Positions 1 through 13,444 of a stretch of DNA of 64,000 bases are shown here, piece by piece. The notes under the pieces were generated by a model, which did no database searches, was not told the origin of the DNA, and saw only the letters and a program-made list of their open reading frames with translations. The stretch covers positions 3,915,866 through 3,979,865 of the forward strand of contig NC_057753.1 of assembly GCF_004010195.1 (NCBI RefSeq). Reading direction: 5' to 3'. A program made the position numbers and the translations under genes. Every line of letters starts with the position of its first letter. The stretch's first letter is position 1. This DNA is from Chiloscyllium plagiosum (lineage: Eukaryota).

Positions 1-297
1 ATAGAAGATGGTATTAATAGTAACATTAGCAAATTTGCTGATGATACAAAGCTGGGTGGTAGGGTGAAATGTGAGGAGGATGTTAGGAGATTACAGGATG
101 ACCTGGACAGGTTAGGTGATGGTCAGATACATGGCAGATGCAGTTTAATGTGGATAAATGTATGGTTATCCACTTTGGTGGCAAGAACAGGAAGGCAGAT
201 TACTACCTAAATGGAGTCAAGTTAGGTAAAGGGGCAGTACAGAGAGATCTGGGTGTTCTTGTACACCAGTCAATGAAGGTAAGCATGCAGGTACAGC
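1..297 (+). mobile_element. CR1-type LINE ORF2 fragment (RT C-terminal part)
   Basis: Frame 1 reads IEDGINSNISKFADDTKLGG, followed by MQFNVDKC..QRDLGVLVH, typical of CR1 RT. Confidence 0.9.
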
Positions 298-304
298 TAA
301 GAAT

Positions 305-425
305 CTCTGTCATATTTGACTTAAAGATGTGTTTCGGACCACATGTCCACACAGTCACTGATACCAAATAATTCCATCACCATAACGTCACCCATCTCCA
401 CCCAAACCTGGCTGATCTGTTGCAG
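305..425 (+). mobile_element. Degenerate L2-like LINE fragment
   Basis: Similar to 3690-3800 and to the L2-like segment at 14060-14230. Confidence 0.5.
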
Positions 426-780
426 AAGGTTGAGTACAGGAAGCTTTTAAAGTGCTGAATTGAAATTTGGGCTGCTGATCTTCAAGCTTCCCATTGTGGC
501 TCTTTAGAATAGTACAGGAGACAAATGAAAGATAGGTCACAGTGGGATTGATGCGGAGAATAAAAGTGATAACTGCCTGGAAGCTCGCAATCCAGCTGAC
601 AGACTGAACCGAGACTGTTCCACAAAGTGTGCTGACTCTGATCTCCAGCATCTGCAGTCCTCACTTCCTTCTCAGTGGAGAGCAGACTGCATCACGATCA
701 GCGAATACAATAAATGAACTGCAAGAAGTAAATAAACCATTTGGTGTTCTCTTCAATAATCTCGAGAACAGCCCGAATAA

Positions 781-1104
781 AGATTAGATTAGATTACTTA
801 CAGTGTGGAAACAGGCCCTTCTGCCCAACAAGTCCACACCGACCCGCCGAAGAGTAACTCACCCAGACCCATTCCTCGACATTTACCCCTTTACCAAACA
901 CTATGGGGCGATTTAGCAAGGCCAATTCACCTAACCTGCACGTCTTTGGACTGTGGGGAGGAAACCGGAGCAGCCGGAGGAAACCCGTGCAGACACGGGG
1001 AGAATGTGCAAACTCCACACAGACAGTTGCCTGAGGCGGGAATTGAACCCGGGTCCCTGGTGCTGTGAGATAGCAGTGCTAAGCACTGTGCCACCGTGCT
1101 GCCC
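781..1104 (-). mobile_element. HE1/V-SINE-type tRNA-derived SINE
   Basis: Minus strand has tRNA-like head (GGCACGGTGGCACAGTG..GGTTCAATTCC), V-domain core (TGTGTGGAGTTTGCACATTCTCCCCG) and (TCTAA)n tail. Confidence 0.9.
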
Positions 1105-1678
1105 ACAGATACTTCTTTGATGGGTAAATTTTGCTTAATGAAGCAAACTAATTGGCAGAATTTCAAATTCTAGTCCAGATGTCGGGCTCTTTAACATCAA
1201 CAGACAGAAACCCAAACTGTCAGAATATCGATGGTTCAGTTCTGGCTGTGGTCAGCAGCAAGGTGCAATCCCTTGTGCCTCACTGAGCCAGTGCTCAGTC
1301 TCTTCTTAGCATGACCTCACGAGTGTTTGCCTCAGAAGGGACTGTTCTCGCATGCATCAGCTGCTCTTGTCTTTCCAAGTGTTGGGGATTTGGAGATTCT
1401 GGTTGAATTGCTGATGAATGAAGTCCATCTCCTTTTCCTTTCTCTCCCCCTCCCCCCCAAGTCATTGTCCCCGCTGTGCCTTTCTCTTCCTGCCCAGACA
1501 TGGATCGGTGAAGGACGTGACTGAATCAGTTAGGTTTTGACAACACACCTCATGGCCCTCATGGATCACTGTTTGAAATATGTTTTATAGGGCATTGGAA
1601 AGGGACAGCAAGCTCAAGACAAACACCAAGTCCGAGACACTTAATTCATCAGGACCTGAATGTCATCGGATTTTGAAC

Positions 1679-2464
1679 ATGGAAGGTAAAAGCACTTGCA
1701 GCAGTCGGGAGAAACCGTACTCGTGTTCTGTGTGTGGACGAGTCTTCAACCAATCATCTGGCCTGTCAAGACACAAAGTTAGTCACAGCGAACAGAAACC
1801 GTGGAAATGTGGGGACTGTGGGAAAGGGTTCAATTACCCGTATGAACTGGAGACTCATCAGCGAGTTCACACCGGGGAGAGACCATTCACGTGCAGTGAG
1901 TGTGGGAAGGGATTCACTCAGTCCTCCAGCCTTCTGACGCACCAGCGGGTTCACACGCACGAGAGACCTTTTAAATGTCCAGACTGTGGGAAGTGCTTTA
2001 AAAGCTCCTGGGAGCTGATGACCCATCAGCGTGTCCACACTGAGGAGAGACCATTCAGGTGCTCTCACTGTGGGGCTGGATTCAAGTACTCATCTCAACT
2101 CACTGTACATGAGCGCAGTCACACGGGGGAGAGGCCGTTCACCTGCGCGGAGTGTGGGAAGGGATTCACCCAGTCATCGATCCTGTTGAAGCACAAGCGA
2201 GTTCACACTGGGGAGAGGCCGTTCACCTGCACCGAGTGTGGGAAGCAATTCGCTCAGTCTTCCAGCTTGCAGACACACCAGAGAGTTCACACCGGTGAAA
2301 GGCCGTTTGTTTGCCCTGATTGTGGGAAGCGATTCACGACCTTATATAACCTGCTGATACATCAGCGCATTCACACCGGGGAGAGACCGTTCACCTGCTC
2401 AGAGTGTGGCAAGAGATTTATTAACTCATCCCACCTGCTGAGACATCAGCGAGTTCACAAGTAA
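1679..2464 (+). CDS. Tandem C2H2 zinc-finger protein, 9 fingers (ZNF gene 1)
   Basis: Nine CxxC..HxxxH repeats with TGERP-type linkers. ATG in aacATGG context; candidate acceptor ttttatag at 1583-1590. The ORF-track start at 1580 lies in the putative intron. Confidence 0.92.
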   Translation: MEGKSTCSSREKPYSCSVCGRVFNQSSGLSRHKVSHSEQKPWKCGDCGKGFNYPYELETHQRVHTGERPFTCSECGKGFTQSSSLLTHQRVHTHERPFKCPDCGKCFKSSWELMTHQRVHTEERPFRCSHCGAGFKYSSQLTVHERSHTGERPFTCAECGKGFTQSSILLKHKRVHTGERPFTCTECGKQFAQSSSLQTHQRVHTGERPFVCPDCGKRFTTLYNLLIHQRIHTGERPFTCSECGKRFINSSHLLRHQRVHK

Positions 2465-3331
2465 CTCGAGAGATTGGATTTTGTCGCTCGTCACATCAGG
2501 ACTGAATCACGTTCGTTGGGGTTTGTTTCTGCTGCTGTTAGTAAAGGCCAGCGTCCAGTAATATGTGCCAACATTCTGAATGAAAGTCGAATAGATAAGT
2601 TTCAGCCACGCTGTGTCAAGTATTTTCTAATATCGCTGAAACCCATTCGTTCCTCTTGAAGTGCTCTCTCTTTGTCTGGTTTCCTCCAAAAAGTGCAAGA
2701 TACTTCTTCGTCACTAACATTCAGACGATCTGAACAACTGCCTGTGCCTCCTTTGCGTGAGCCGACTGGAGAAAATGTCTTCTGACGTTTGTCCACCTCC
2801 ATCCCTGGGCGCTCAGCTTTCTCCGGTTTCACTCTCGATGTGCTGTCAGCACTCAGGTTGCCGATTGAGACCCACCACCTGCGCACCTTCGACCCAAATC
2901 TCCAAAAACTGCTGACTATTTCCCCATGTTTGTTGCTGTTGCTAATGGTTCACACTCTGTCTCTTCTGGTTCTGTCCCTCTCACCTTTACATCCATAATC
3001 CACCCGAAAATAAACCCTTAACCCCACCGTCCTTTCAGACCTCTGTCCCTTGTTCACACACTCCCTTTCTTTTCTGAGGCCTTGATGTCACTCAAGAATG
3101 TGTCCTCGATCTTTCCTATTTCCCATCTACGCGCTGTCACTTGGTCACACCACCTGAAAGCACTGTGTTACTTTTCATACGTACACTGAGACCATCCAGC
3201 TCTCCTCACCAACATCCCTCACCATTCTGAAAATGTTACAAAACAGATCAAACTACTAATCCCACATCCAGTGCTGGATGAAATGCAGTTATAAACTGGG
3301 ATGATCAAGGCCATTGACTTTGTTCGCTCCT

Positions 3332-3649
3332 GATTAGATTAGATTCCCTAGTGTGTGGAAACAGGTCCTTCGGCCCAACAAGTCTGCAATGACCTTCCGA
3401 AGAGTAACCCACGGAGTCCCATTCCCCTCTAAATGATGCACCTAATGCTATGGGCAGTTTAGCATGGCCAATCCACCTGACCAGCTTGTCTTTGGACTGT
3501 GGGAGGAAACCGGAGCACCCGGAGAAAACCCACACAGACACGGAGAGGATGTGCAAACTCCACACAGTCAGTTGTCTGAGGCAGGAACTGAACCCGGTTC
3601 CCTGGTGCTGTGAGGCAGCAGTGCTAACCACTGAGCCACCGTGCTGCCC
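3332..3649 (-). mobile_element. HE1/V-SINE-type SINE
   Basis: Same head, core and tail as 781-1104. Confidence 0.9.
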
Positions 3650-3679
3650 ACGGTGATTGAGGCAGAATAGCACAGCTAA

Positions 3680-4130
3680 CAATTTTGGTTATATTTGACT
3701 TTAACATGAGGTTCAGAGTACATGTCCACACAATCACTAATACCAAATAGTTCAATCTCACCCATCTCCATCTCAGCCTAGCTTATCTGCTGCTGATACC
3801 CTCATCCAGTCCCTTGTTACTGGTAGAGTTGGTGATTCCAATGCATTTATCCCACCCTCCTCTGCAAATGCAAAAATCATACAAAATTCTGCTGCCTCCG
3901 TACTTTCCTGCATCAAATCCTGTTCACCGATTTGCACACTTTGGCTCCTGGACGGGCAGTGTCTCAAATTTCAAAATTTGTAACCTCCAGTCACACAATC
4001 CTCAAGAAAGCTGCCCACATTGCATTGTGTCCTCAAGTCTCCCTGATTTTAATCACTCCATCATTGGTACTGTGCATGGGTGGGAAACTCTTGATATTCT
4101 TTTCCTGAACCTTTTCACCTCTCTCCTGAT
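3680..4130 (+). mobile_element. Degenerate L2-like LINE 3' fragment
   Basis: ctgctgctgataccctcatccagtcccttgttac resembles the L2 'ETLIHAFVTSRLDY' region. Confidence 0.55.
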
Positions 4131-4135
4131 TAAAG

Positions 4136-4927
4136 AAGATGCTGCATTTTGGGAAAGCAAATCAGAGCAGGACTTATACACTTAATGGGAAGGTCCAAGG
4201 GAGTGCTGCTGAACAAAGAGACCTTGGAGTGCAGGCTCATAACTCCTTGAAAGTGGAGTCGCAGGTAGATAGGATAGTGAAGGCGGCATTTTGTATGCTT
4301 TCCTTTATTGGTCAGAGCATTGAGTACAGGAGTTGGGAGGTCATGTTGCGGCTGTACAGGACATTGGTTAGGCCACTGTTGGAATATTGCCTGCAATTCT
4401 GGTCCCCTTCCTATCGGAAGGATGTTGTGAAACTTGGAAGGGGTTGCGAAAAGATTTACAAGGATGTTGCCAGGGTTGGAGGATTTGAGCTATAGGGAGA
4501 GGCTGAACAGGCTGGGGCTGTTTTCCCTGGAGCATTGGAGGCTGAGAGGTAATCTTATAGAGATTTATAAAATCATGATTGTCCATTTATCCTATCAATG
4601 CCCAAGTCTTTTCCCAGGGGTGGGGAGTGCAGAACTAGAGGGCATAGGTTTAGAGTGAGAGGGGAAAGATATAAAAGTGATCTAAGAGGCAACCTTTTCA
4701 CACAGATGGTGATGCGTGTATGGAATGAGCTGCCAGAGGAAGTGGTGGAGGCTGGTACAGTTACAATATTTACAAGGCATTTGGATGGGTATATGAATAG
4801 GAGGGGTTTGGAGGGATATGGGCCGGGTGCTGGCAGGTGGGACTAGATTGGGTTGGGATATCTGGTCAGCATGGACTGGTTGGACCGAAGGGTCTGTTTC
4901 CGTGCTGTACATCTCTATGACTCTATG
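4136..4927 (+). mobile_element. CR1/HER1-type LINE 3' fragment
   Basis: LYRTLVRPLLEYCLQFWSP, RLRGNLIEIYK, RVWNELP; ends TACATCTCTATGACTCTATG. Confidence 0.92.
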
Positions 4928-6596
4928 CTTGTTAAAAACAGCCTGTCCAGTTAATAATCTCCATCATGTTGCCTTATCTGACTCTGTCAAATGTTTCTTT
5001 TGAAAAATCTTCTCTGAAGCCCCTTAGGACGTTTTATCACATGAGGCATATTATACAAATACACGTGGTTACTGGTTCACAGCACCAGTTTGTGCACAGT
5101 GAGACTGCACAAACAACAATCTATCAGACAAGTGACTGGTTTTCTTGGTGTTAAGATACACGTGCTTGTCCTGCTGGGGAGGAGCTGTGGAACCCCCTGA
5201 GCTCACAGTGGAGCTGACTGAGTTGTCGAACCGGCAGTGAACCTTGAAGAACCGCTATGTGGGATCTTTCCTCTTCATTCACCGACTCCCAGGTGAAGTT
5301 GCTTGCACGGTAAAACCGGTCGCTTTGAACCTCAATCTCACTGTGATCTTTAGTGAAAAGGTTACAACGTTCTGGTATTCATTTCACATGGTTTCTCACC
5401 CTTAGACCATATCAAAACGATTCACAACTGATGGACATGGAAAAGATAAATGAGAGGCAGAATAAATTTAACTTTACCTTTTTTTAAAAAAAAGTGTGCA
5501 GAAACACAATGACCTGGGAGTGTGTGAACATGATTCTTTGACTGTGACAGGATAAGTTGACCAAGTTGTGTTTTGAAAAAATCTAATAAGTTGCTCATTT
5601 ATTAATGGACACAGGATATACTAAAACATGGAGTTCTCCTGAATCACTAAATTGGCGCATTGGAATATTGTAATAATTTCTGAGCATTAGACTTTCAAAA
5701 AGACGTCAATGCCTTGGGGAGGTTATAGAGGCAATCTCGGAATAATATCAGGGATGTGTGGTTTCTGTTCACTTGAAAAAACTGGAGGAGCTAGGATTGT
5801 TCTCCTCACAACAGGGAATGCAGAGGAGCTGAAACATTGGGAGGAGTTTTTCTAACACCCAGGGAGAAACGATTTGGATGCTCAGGTCGCCCATTGAATA
5901 TCCTTGGCCTTTGACCTGGAAGAGAAAACAGTTTCTTTGTGGTGTGAGATTTCAGATATGGGTGTGACTGAGAAAGCGCTGAGATTCAAAATCCTGCACA
6001 GACCGCACCCTACAAATGTATTCCACTCTGGGCACCACACCTGAAGAAGGATGGACTTTTACTAGCCTGAGAGGATGTATGGAGCAGACTGACTTAAATG
6101 AGAATTGGAAAGAGGGGATTGAGGGAGGGCTGCTAAAATGAGTCAGTGTCATTACAGCATAGAGCAAGGCCAGTTGGCCCATCGGTTGGCATAAGGTAGA
6201 TCCATTGAGTTAACAGTGTGGCCTAAAGATGAGTGTAGGAGCAATGGGGTTTAGTTCATGAGGCACTAATACTGTTACTGGGGCAGAGGAAACTGTTCTG
6301 GTGGAATAGAAGATACGGGAGGGGGTGGTGGGAAATGTAGGCCGCTGAATCACAAGAATATGGTGGCATTCCAAGGCATCAATTTCAGCAGTCACACCAA
6401 AATGTGACAGGAAGGGACAGAGAGCAGCAGGCAGGTGTTTGAACAAAAATCAGCAGGGAGAGAGAGAATGAACAAGAGGTAATAAGGCAAGGCTAATGGT
6501 TCTTTACTCAAACGTGTGCATCATATGTAACAAGAGGAACCAAGTTAATGGGATGAAAACAGATTAATGGATATGAACTTATAGGGGACTCAGTAA

Positions 6597-6926
6597 TTAG
6601 CACTGCTGCCGGGACGCGAGTTCAATTCCAGCCTCGGGTGACTGTCTGTGTGGAGTTTGCACATTCTCCCCGTGTGTGTGTGTGTGTGTGTGGGTTTCCT
6701 CCGGATGCTCCGGTTTCCTCCCACAGTCCAAAGAGGTGCAGGTCAGGTGGATTGGCCGTGCTAAATTGCCCCATAGTGTCCAGTAGATCAAGTGAATCGG
6801 CCATGGGAAATGCAGGGTTACGGAGACACGGTAGAAAGATGGGTCAGGGCAGGATACTCTTTGGAGGGTTGGTATGGACTCGATGGGTCAAATGGCCTGT
6901 TTCCACACTGTAGGGATTCTATGATT
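6597..6926 (+). mobile_element. HE1/V-SINE-type SINE with internal (TG)n expansion
   Basis: V-domain core; (TG)n at ~6672-6692; tail GGCCTGTTTCCACACTGTAGGGATTCTATG. Confidence 0.88.
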
Positions 6927-7337
6927 CATGACGGACACACAGGAGATCAAAGCTGGGAACTATAACATTCAGGAGCCTCTGACCTTTCAGGAGGACAGGC
7001 AGGAAGGCAAGGGGGGCAGGTTGGATTTATTCATACAAGATGGAATTAGCACCTTAAGTAAGAAATGCTTCTGGATTAGATGATGTAGAATCCACATGGA
7101 TGGAGTTAACAAAACACTGATGGGAGTTAGCAATAGATCCCCGAACACTAGCTGTAGAGTAGGACCAAGAATAGATCAGGTGATAACGAGGGCTTTTAAA
7201 AAAGGCAATACATAATCATGGGTAACTTTAATCTTATAAATTGGCTGAGGCAGCTGTGAAGAAAAAAATCATTGAGTGCATTTGGGATAGCTTGTTATCC
7301 ATAATATGTGGATCTAACCGGGGATCATGCTACTTTG

Positions 7338-8079
7338 GAGAGGACTTATACACTTAATGGTAAGGTCCCAGGGAGCGTTGCTGAACAGGTGTGGTGCGGG
7401 TTCATAGCTCCTTGAAAGTGGAGTCACAGGTAGATAGGATAGTGAAGGTGGCGTTTGGTACGTTTTCTTTATTGGTCAGAGTACTGAGTACAGGAGGTGG
7501 GAGGTCATGTTGCAGCTGTACAGGACATTAGTTAGGCCACTGTTGGAATATTGCATGCAGTTCTGGTCTCCTTCCTATCAGAAGGGTGTTGTGAAACTTG
7601 AAAGGGTTCAGAAAAGATTTTCAAGGATGTTGCCAGGGTTGGAGGATTTGAGCTAGAGGGAGAGGTTGAAGAGGCTGGGGCTGCTTTCCCTCGAGTGTCG
7701 GAGGCTGAGGGGTGACCTTATAGAGGTTTATAAAATCATGAGGGGCATGGATAGGGTAAATAGACAAGGTCTTTTCCCTGAGATGGGCAAGTCCAGAACT
7801 AGGGGGTATAGGTTTAGGTTGAGAGGGGAAAGATATAAAAGAGACCTAAGGGGCAACTTTTTCACGCAGAGGGTGGAATGAGCTACCAGAGGAAGTGGTG
7901 GAGGCTGGTACAACTGCAACATTTAAAAGGCATTTGGATGGGTATATGAATAGGAAGGGTTTGGAGGGATGTGGGCCGGGTGCTGGCAGGTGGGACTAGA
8001 CTGAGTTGGAATATCTAGTCGGCATGGACGGGTTGGTCTGAGGGGTCTGTTTCCATGCTGTACATCTCTATGACTCTGT
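7338..8079 (+). mobile_element. CR1/HER1-type LINE 3' fragment
   Basis: Very similar to 4170-4927. Confidence 0.92.
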
Positions 8080-8645
8080 GTGCAACAAGCCGGGTTTTAT
8101 AAGTGATGTCAGACTAATAAATTCCATTCGGGATTGGTGATTATAATTGCTCGAAATTAGCATTTAGTTTGAGAGTGGGAAAGCCGGGACACTAACAGTT
8201 GTGTTGAACTTAAAGATGGATACTCACATGGGAACGAGGAATAGCGCTTATGATGCAGTGTTATTTTCCCTGCCTCTGGGCCAGGAGGCCTAGATACATA
8301 TCCCACCTGTTTCAGAGGTGTGCAACAACATTTCTGACCAGGTTGATCAGAAAATATCTTACATGGGAATGGACACAGAACTGGCTGAAATAGACAGCGA
8401 ATGGAGTTCACCAGAAACAGATAACCATAGGACAGTTAGCTTAATATCAGTCAATAGGAAAACGTTCGAGTCTATTTGAAAGGATGTTATTTACAAATAC
8501 ATGTTATAATCAAACTGAGTCAACATGGCTTCAGGATGAGGAAATTGTGCCGTACAAATGTATTACATTTAAATTTTTTGAAGATATAACAAGCAGGGTA
8601 GATGAAGTAATATGTTTGGACTTGCAACACGTATTCAACGATGTA

Positions 8646-8840
8646 GATCGAAAAGTGTGACGCTGGAAAAGCACAGCAGATCAGGCAGCATCCAAGGAGC
8701 AGCTAACTCGATGTTTTGGGCATGAGCCCTTCATCACCTCTCCTGTTCCTCGGATGCTGCCTGACCTGCTGTGCTTTCCCAGCGTCATGCTTTTCGACCC
8801 TGACTCTCCAGCCTACCTACACAGTCCTCACTTTCTCCAG
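8646..8840. mobile_element. Palindromic Penelope-like terminal fragment (family A), decayed hammerhead motif
   Basis: Inverted arms GCTGGAAAAGCACAGCAG..CTGCTGTGCTTTCCCAGC; minus strand TGATGAAGGGCTCATGCCCAAAACATCG. Confidence 0.75.
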
Positions 8841-9989
8841 GGTACTGCATAAGGCTATTTAATAACGGTCCATTCCGTGGAGGGGGGGGGGGGGGTTAGT
8901 GCATTAGTATCTTTGGAGGATTGTCCAATGAATAGAAAACAAAGCTGGAATGAGGGTGAATCTCTTGGAGCACAGCAATCTGTAATGAGTGGAGCACCAC
9001 AGGGATCATTTATCTAAATGAGGGAAGGCTGCAAAATGCTGCAGCACTGAGTCATTTGGTGGGGGGTGGGGGGGGGGCGGTGGTTCTGGTGCTTGGATAA
9101 CATAAACAAAACTAACATACATGTTCAGCAGGTAGGAAGGAAGGAAAGCAGATGGAATATTAGCATTTATTTCAAAGGGAATGGATTCTAAAAATCAGGA
9201 GGGGTAGCAAAGATTACACAAAGCACTAGTTACACCAGAACAGGAAATACTGTGAACAGCTTTGGTCACCTTATCCAAGGAAAGCTGTACTGGCTTTGCA
9301 GGTAACCCAGAGAAGGTTAATCACAGGTATGGTGAGATTTCTTCTGTTAAATAGTTGACTAGGTTCGGCTGATACTCATTGAGTTTCAGGAAAATGAGAG
9401 GAGACCTTATTGGAACATTGAGGATTCTTAGGGGGCTTTACAAGAGGGGTTTCGAGAGTTCAGTACAAGAGGGCGCAATATCAGAGTAACGGGTGCCCAT
9501 TTAAGACAGAGATGAAGACAAACGTCTTCGCTGGGTACTGAGTCTGCGGAATGCACCTGTAATGACGAGGAATACAAGGCTATCGGCCAAGTGCTGGAAA
9601 ATGGGATCAGAACAGTATGTGTGGTTGTCTTTGACCGAGGAGGAACAGGGCTGTTCATGCTTGGTCATTCAGTATATTCAAGGCGGAGACAGATGGTGTT
9701 TTAAGCAGACGGCAAACTAAGGGTTGTGGGTAAAGACAGGAAAGTGGAGCAGAGAACGATCAGATCAGCCGTGATCCTTGTTGAATGGTGCGGCCAACCT
9801 GATGGGCAGGCTAGCCCACCTCTGCCCCTTACACATGACAGTCCACTTCGAAAATCAAGCATTTACCACCCCATTTCTGGTTACTTGTCACTACATTTTG
9901 TTTTGTATTTGTGTTGCTGCTGCTCCTGTTATTCGTTGAGCTATACATTTTCTGATAGTTCTGTTGTGTGCCACTGCGTTAAATGTCTT

Positions 9990-10570
9990 TTCAGAGTCCA
10001 CGTAAACTACAACATACCATTACCCTCATCAAAGGCCTGTTCCCTCCTCAAAGAATTCCAGGAAGTTAATGCAACGTGACTTTTCCTTGGGAAGTCCATG
10101 CTGCCTCCCTTTAATTAACCCACTTTTGTCCATGTGACTATTCATTCTGTCCTGAATTAATATTTTGAAGGAGTCAGCTGTTAAATTGATCGGTCTGGAA
10201 CTGCTCGGCTTATCCTTCCACCCTTTTTGAAGGGGTGCATGACGTCTGCAATTCTCGAGTCCTCTGGAAGCTACCCGAAGTATAGGAAAGCCAAAATGAT
10301 CATGGTCAGTGCCCCCTGGGGGTGCCACTTTTACTTTCTTCAGAGTGTCTGGGGTGGTTCTCATCCTGTCCCGGCTGCTTTGCAACTTTCAGGGCTGGAC
10401 GTTTATCCGTCGCTTCCTCCTCCAAATTTCAAATACTTCCAGTGACTGAGTTACTTCCTCTGTCATCGCGGCATCGGGGGGACATCGGAGTCCTTCGTAA
10501 TGACTAATGCAAAGTGCTCACTGAACATGTCTGCCGTGCTCTTTGCCACTATGTGTGAATCCCCTTTTTG
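9990..10570 (-). mobile_element. Decayed CR1 ORF2 fragment
   Basis: ORF 10029-10385 contains RPINLT and QHGL..CINFLEFFEE. Confidence 0.75.
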
Positions 10571-11079
10571 GTGCCTTTTTTGTTAAATTCACATGTGCAA
10601 CATGGGAGTCACTGGCTGGCGAGTATTTATTGCCTAACCATAGGAGAATGTGTACAAGGTATGAGCAGGTAGGGAAAGGGGTAGGTTTTGGCTTGTGTGG
10701 GACAAAGGCTCAGCTAGCGTGACATGGATCAGGTAAGAACTTGCAGTAAACAATGAGGTGCTGGAGGCAAGGGTCGTGGGTTAAGGAGGTGAAAAGCATT
10801 CATTATGTAAAGCCAGTTGACAAGGTTAAGACCATTCATTGTATAACTCCAGATGACTTAATCTTTACTGTTGATGCCCACTGAATGTGATGGTCACCCA
10901 ATCAATATAGATTGTTGCCTATTTGGTTGCTGCTCCCTGTCAGTGACGATATAATTCATTAAGAAACTGGTGTTCGAGCGAAGACCGAGAACTCATATCT
11001 CTGTGCACGTGGGCCTGGAATAAAGATGAAGGAAGTAAAGCCGTACTGTGTCTCTGAGTATTTGCTTTGACTGATCCGG

Positions 11080-12380
11080 GGATAGGGAAATGGGACGACA
11101 CATCGATGCCCCTGACAAAGCGGTGTTGAGCTGCCTTCTTGAGTCATTGCGACTCATGCGTATAGTTATACTCACAACACCGTTAGGGAGGGAATTCCAG
11201 CAATGGTGAAGAAACAGCGATACATTTCCAATCCTGGATGCCGAATGGGAGAACTTGCAGGGGGCGGTGTTCCTGTAAAGCTGCCGTCTTTCTCCCTCTC
11301 GTTGGAAGAAGTGGTTGGGGGTTTGCAGTGTGTTGTCGAAGGGTCTTTGGTGAATTATAGACAGTACATATTGCAGCGATGGAGCATTGGTGGTGGAGGG
11401 ACGGGACGCTTATTGGATGAGTTGCCAAGAAAGTGGGCTGCTTTGTCCTGGATGGTGTCAAGCTTGAATGTTCTTAGAGTTGCACTCATCCAGGTAGGTG
11501 GGGAGTATTCCATTACACTGCTGGCCCGTTCCTTGTAAATGGTGAACAGACTTTGGGAAATCAGGACAGGAGTTACATGCTACTAATCTTGGAAATGCTC
11601 TTGTAGCCATTATTTATATGGCAAGTCCAATTGAGCTTCTGGTTGACAGTGGCGGATTCGGTAGTGGTAATGCCATTCAACGTCAAGGGGCAGTGGTTCA
11701 ATTCTCTCTTATTGGAAATGATCATTGCCTGGCATTTCTATGGTGCAAATATTACTTGCCACTGTTCAGCCAAAGCCTGGACATTGGCCAGATCTTGTGT
11801 TTGAGCCTGGACCTCTTTGGTATCTGACGTGTCACGAATGGGACAGAACATTGCGCAGTCATCGGAAAAACATTCCAGTTCTGACCTTGTGACGGAGGGA
11901 AGATCAGTGGAGAAGTAGCCGAAGATGACACAGCCCTGGAGGAACTCCGACAGAGATGTCCGAGAGCTGAGGAGACTTGGAGCTGAGGCGCCTGACCTCT
12001 AATAACCGCAACCATCTTCCTTTGTACCAGGTATGAGTCTTCCCCACCGATTCTCATTGACTGCAGGTTCACTGGGGCTCCTTGATGCCACACTGGGTCA
12101 AATGCAACCTTGACCTAATGGCAGTGATTCTCCCCTCCCCTCTGGAATTCAGCTCTTTTGTAATGTTTTAATCAAATCTGCAATGCGATCAGGGTTAAGT
12201 GACCTGGAGAAACCGAAATTGGGTGTCAGTGAGCAGATTATTACTGAGCATATGCTGCTTGATAGCACTGTTGATGACAGCTTCCATTACTTTAGTGTTC
12301 ATTGATGGGGCAGTAATTGGCCGGGTCGGATTTATCCTGCTTTTTACGGGCAACATATACTTGGGCAATTTCCCATATGG
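11080..12380 (-). mobile_element. Decayed L2/CR1-group LINE RT and 3' region
   Basis: PANYCPI, WHQGA..L.SM.I.G and YLVQRKMVAVI.GQ in minus-strand ORFs. Confidence 0.7.
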
Positions 12381-12829
12381 GCCCTACGCCTCTTTGACCA
12401 ACCTTTAACCAAGCAGGTACCTTACTAAGTGTGGTCAGTCTGAATCTGTGAGGCAAAGCATCAAGGGTTTTCCAATCCATCACCTTCTCCTTTTCCACTC
12501 TTTGTGTCATCAGATTTCAGCAGCACGGATTTGTGAAGAGAGGAGAGAATCTCACACCGTCATACGATACGGTTCAGAGTTTGCTGGAACCGTCAGTTGT
12601 TGGACCATTTCTTGCATTTAATTCAAAGTGTTTATGATTGACATGGGTAAAACAGGAAGAAATGGGAGCAGTAGGTCATTCAGCCCTCTGGGTCTTCTCC
12701 ATCGTTCAATATGTTGATGTCTGATCAGCCATCTCAGTATCCTGTGTCCCACTTTCTCCACGCATCCTTCGATCCCTTTAGCCCCAAGATCTGCACCTGA
12801 CCCCGAACAGCACCATCCCATCCCTGGAG

Positions 12830-13444
12830 CTACTCGTGAACTTGCTGGTGTCTCAGCAGGTTGTACGACTGGGTGAATCCCTTCCCACACACGGAGCAGG
12901 TGAACAGCCTCTCCCCGGTGTGAACCTGCTGGTGCCTCAGCAGGGCAGAGGAGGCAGTGAAGCCCTTCCCGCACTCGGCGCAGGAGAACGGCCTCTCCCC
13001 GGTGTGAACCCGCTGGTGTTGCAGCAGGGCCGACGACTGAGTGAACCCCTTGCCGCACTCGGAGCAGGAGAACGGCCTCTCCCCGGTGTGAACCCGCTGG
13101 TGCTTGGTGAGGTCGGAGGATCGCCTGAACCCAGTCTCGCAGTCGGAGCACCTGAACGGTCTCTCGTCAGTGTGAAGAATTTGATGAGATATCAGCTCCC
13201 TGGAGCATTTGAAGGACTTCCCACAGCCTTGGCAAGCGAACGGTCTCTCCCCCGTGTGGAGCCGCTGGTGCCTCAGCAGGTGAGATGACCGGGGGAATCC
13301 CTTCCCACACACAGAACAAGCGAATGGTCTCTCCCCGGTGTGGACCCGCCGGTGAATTTCAAGGGCGGAGGGGGATTGGAAACCCTCTCCGCAATCTCCG
13401 CACCGCCACGGTTTCCTGCCACGGTGAGCGGCTTTTCCTTTCAT
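12830..13444 (-). CDS. Tandem C2H2 zinc-finger protein, 7 fingers (ZNF gene 2)
   Basis: Seven intact C2H2 repeats. Candidate acceptor ctcattgcacag (AG at 13516-13515); in-frame TGA between acceptor and ATG. Confidence 0.92.
   Translation of the reverse strand: MKGKAAHRGRKPWRCGDCGEGFQSPSALEIHRRVHTGERPFACSVCGKGFPRSSHLLRHQRLHTGERPFACQGCGKSFKCSRELISHQILHTDERPFRCSDCETGFRRSSDLTKHQRVHTGERPFSCSECGKGFTQSSALLQHQRVHTGERPFSCAECGKGFTASSALLRHQQVHTGERLFTCSVCGKGFTQSYNLLRHQQVHE

Larger units (their letters stand above)
6490..9810 (+). mobile_element. Old, decayed CR1 ORF2 (endonuclease to 3' end), interrupted by younger insertions
   Basis: Remnants of EN motifs (~6500; IMG.FN ~7215), RT region ~8420-8640 and 3' region ~9100-9800. 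Confidence 0.55.

Noticed and set aside
1580..1678. N-terminal extension or KRAB domain of gene 1 (likewise 56459-56623 for gene 4)
   Set aside because: No KRAB-like motif; ORF starts lie upstream of the candidate acceptors, and the equivalent region is closed by stops in genes 2 and 3. An upstream coding exon cannot be excluded for genes 1 and 4.
12618..13288. Overlapping or antisense ORFs over ZNF genes (also 1766-2068, 41268-41555, 56845-57354)
   Set aside because: Shadow frames produced by repetitive zinc-finger codon structure.
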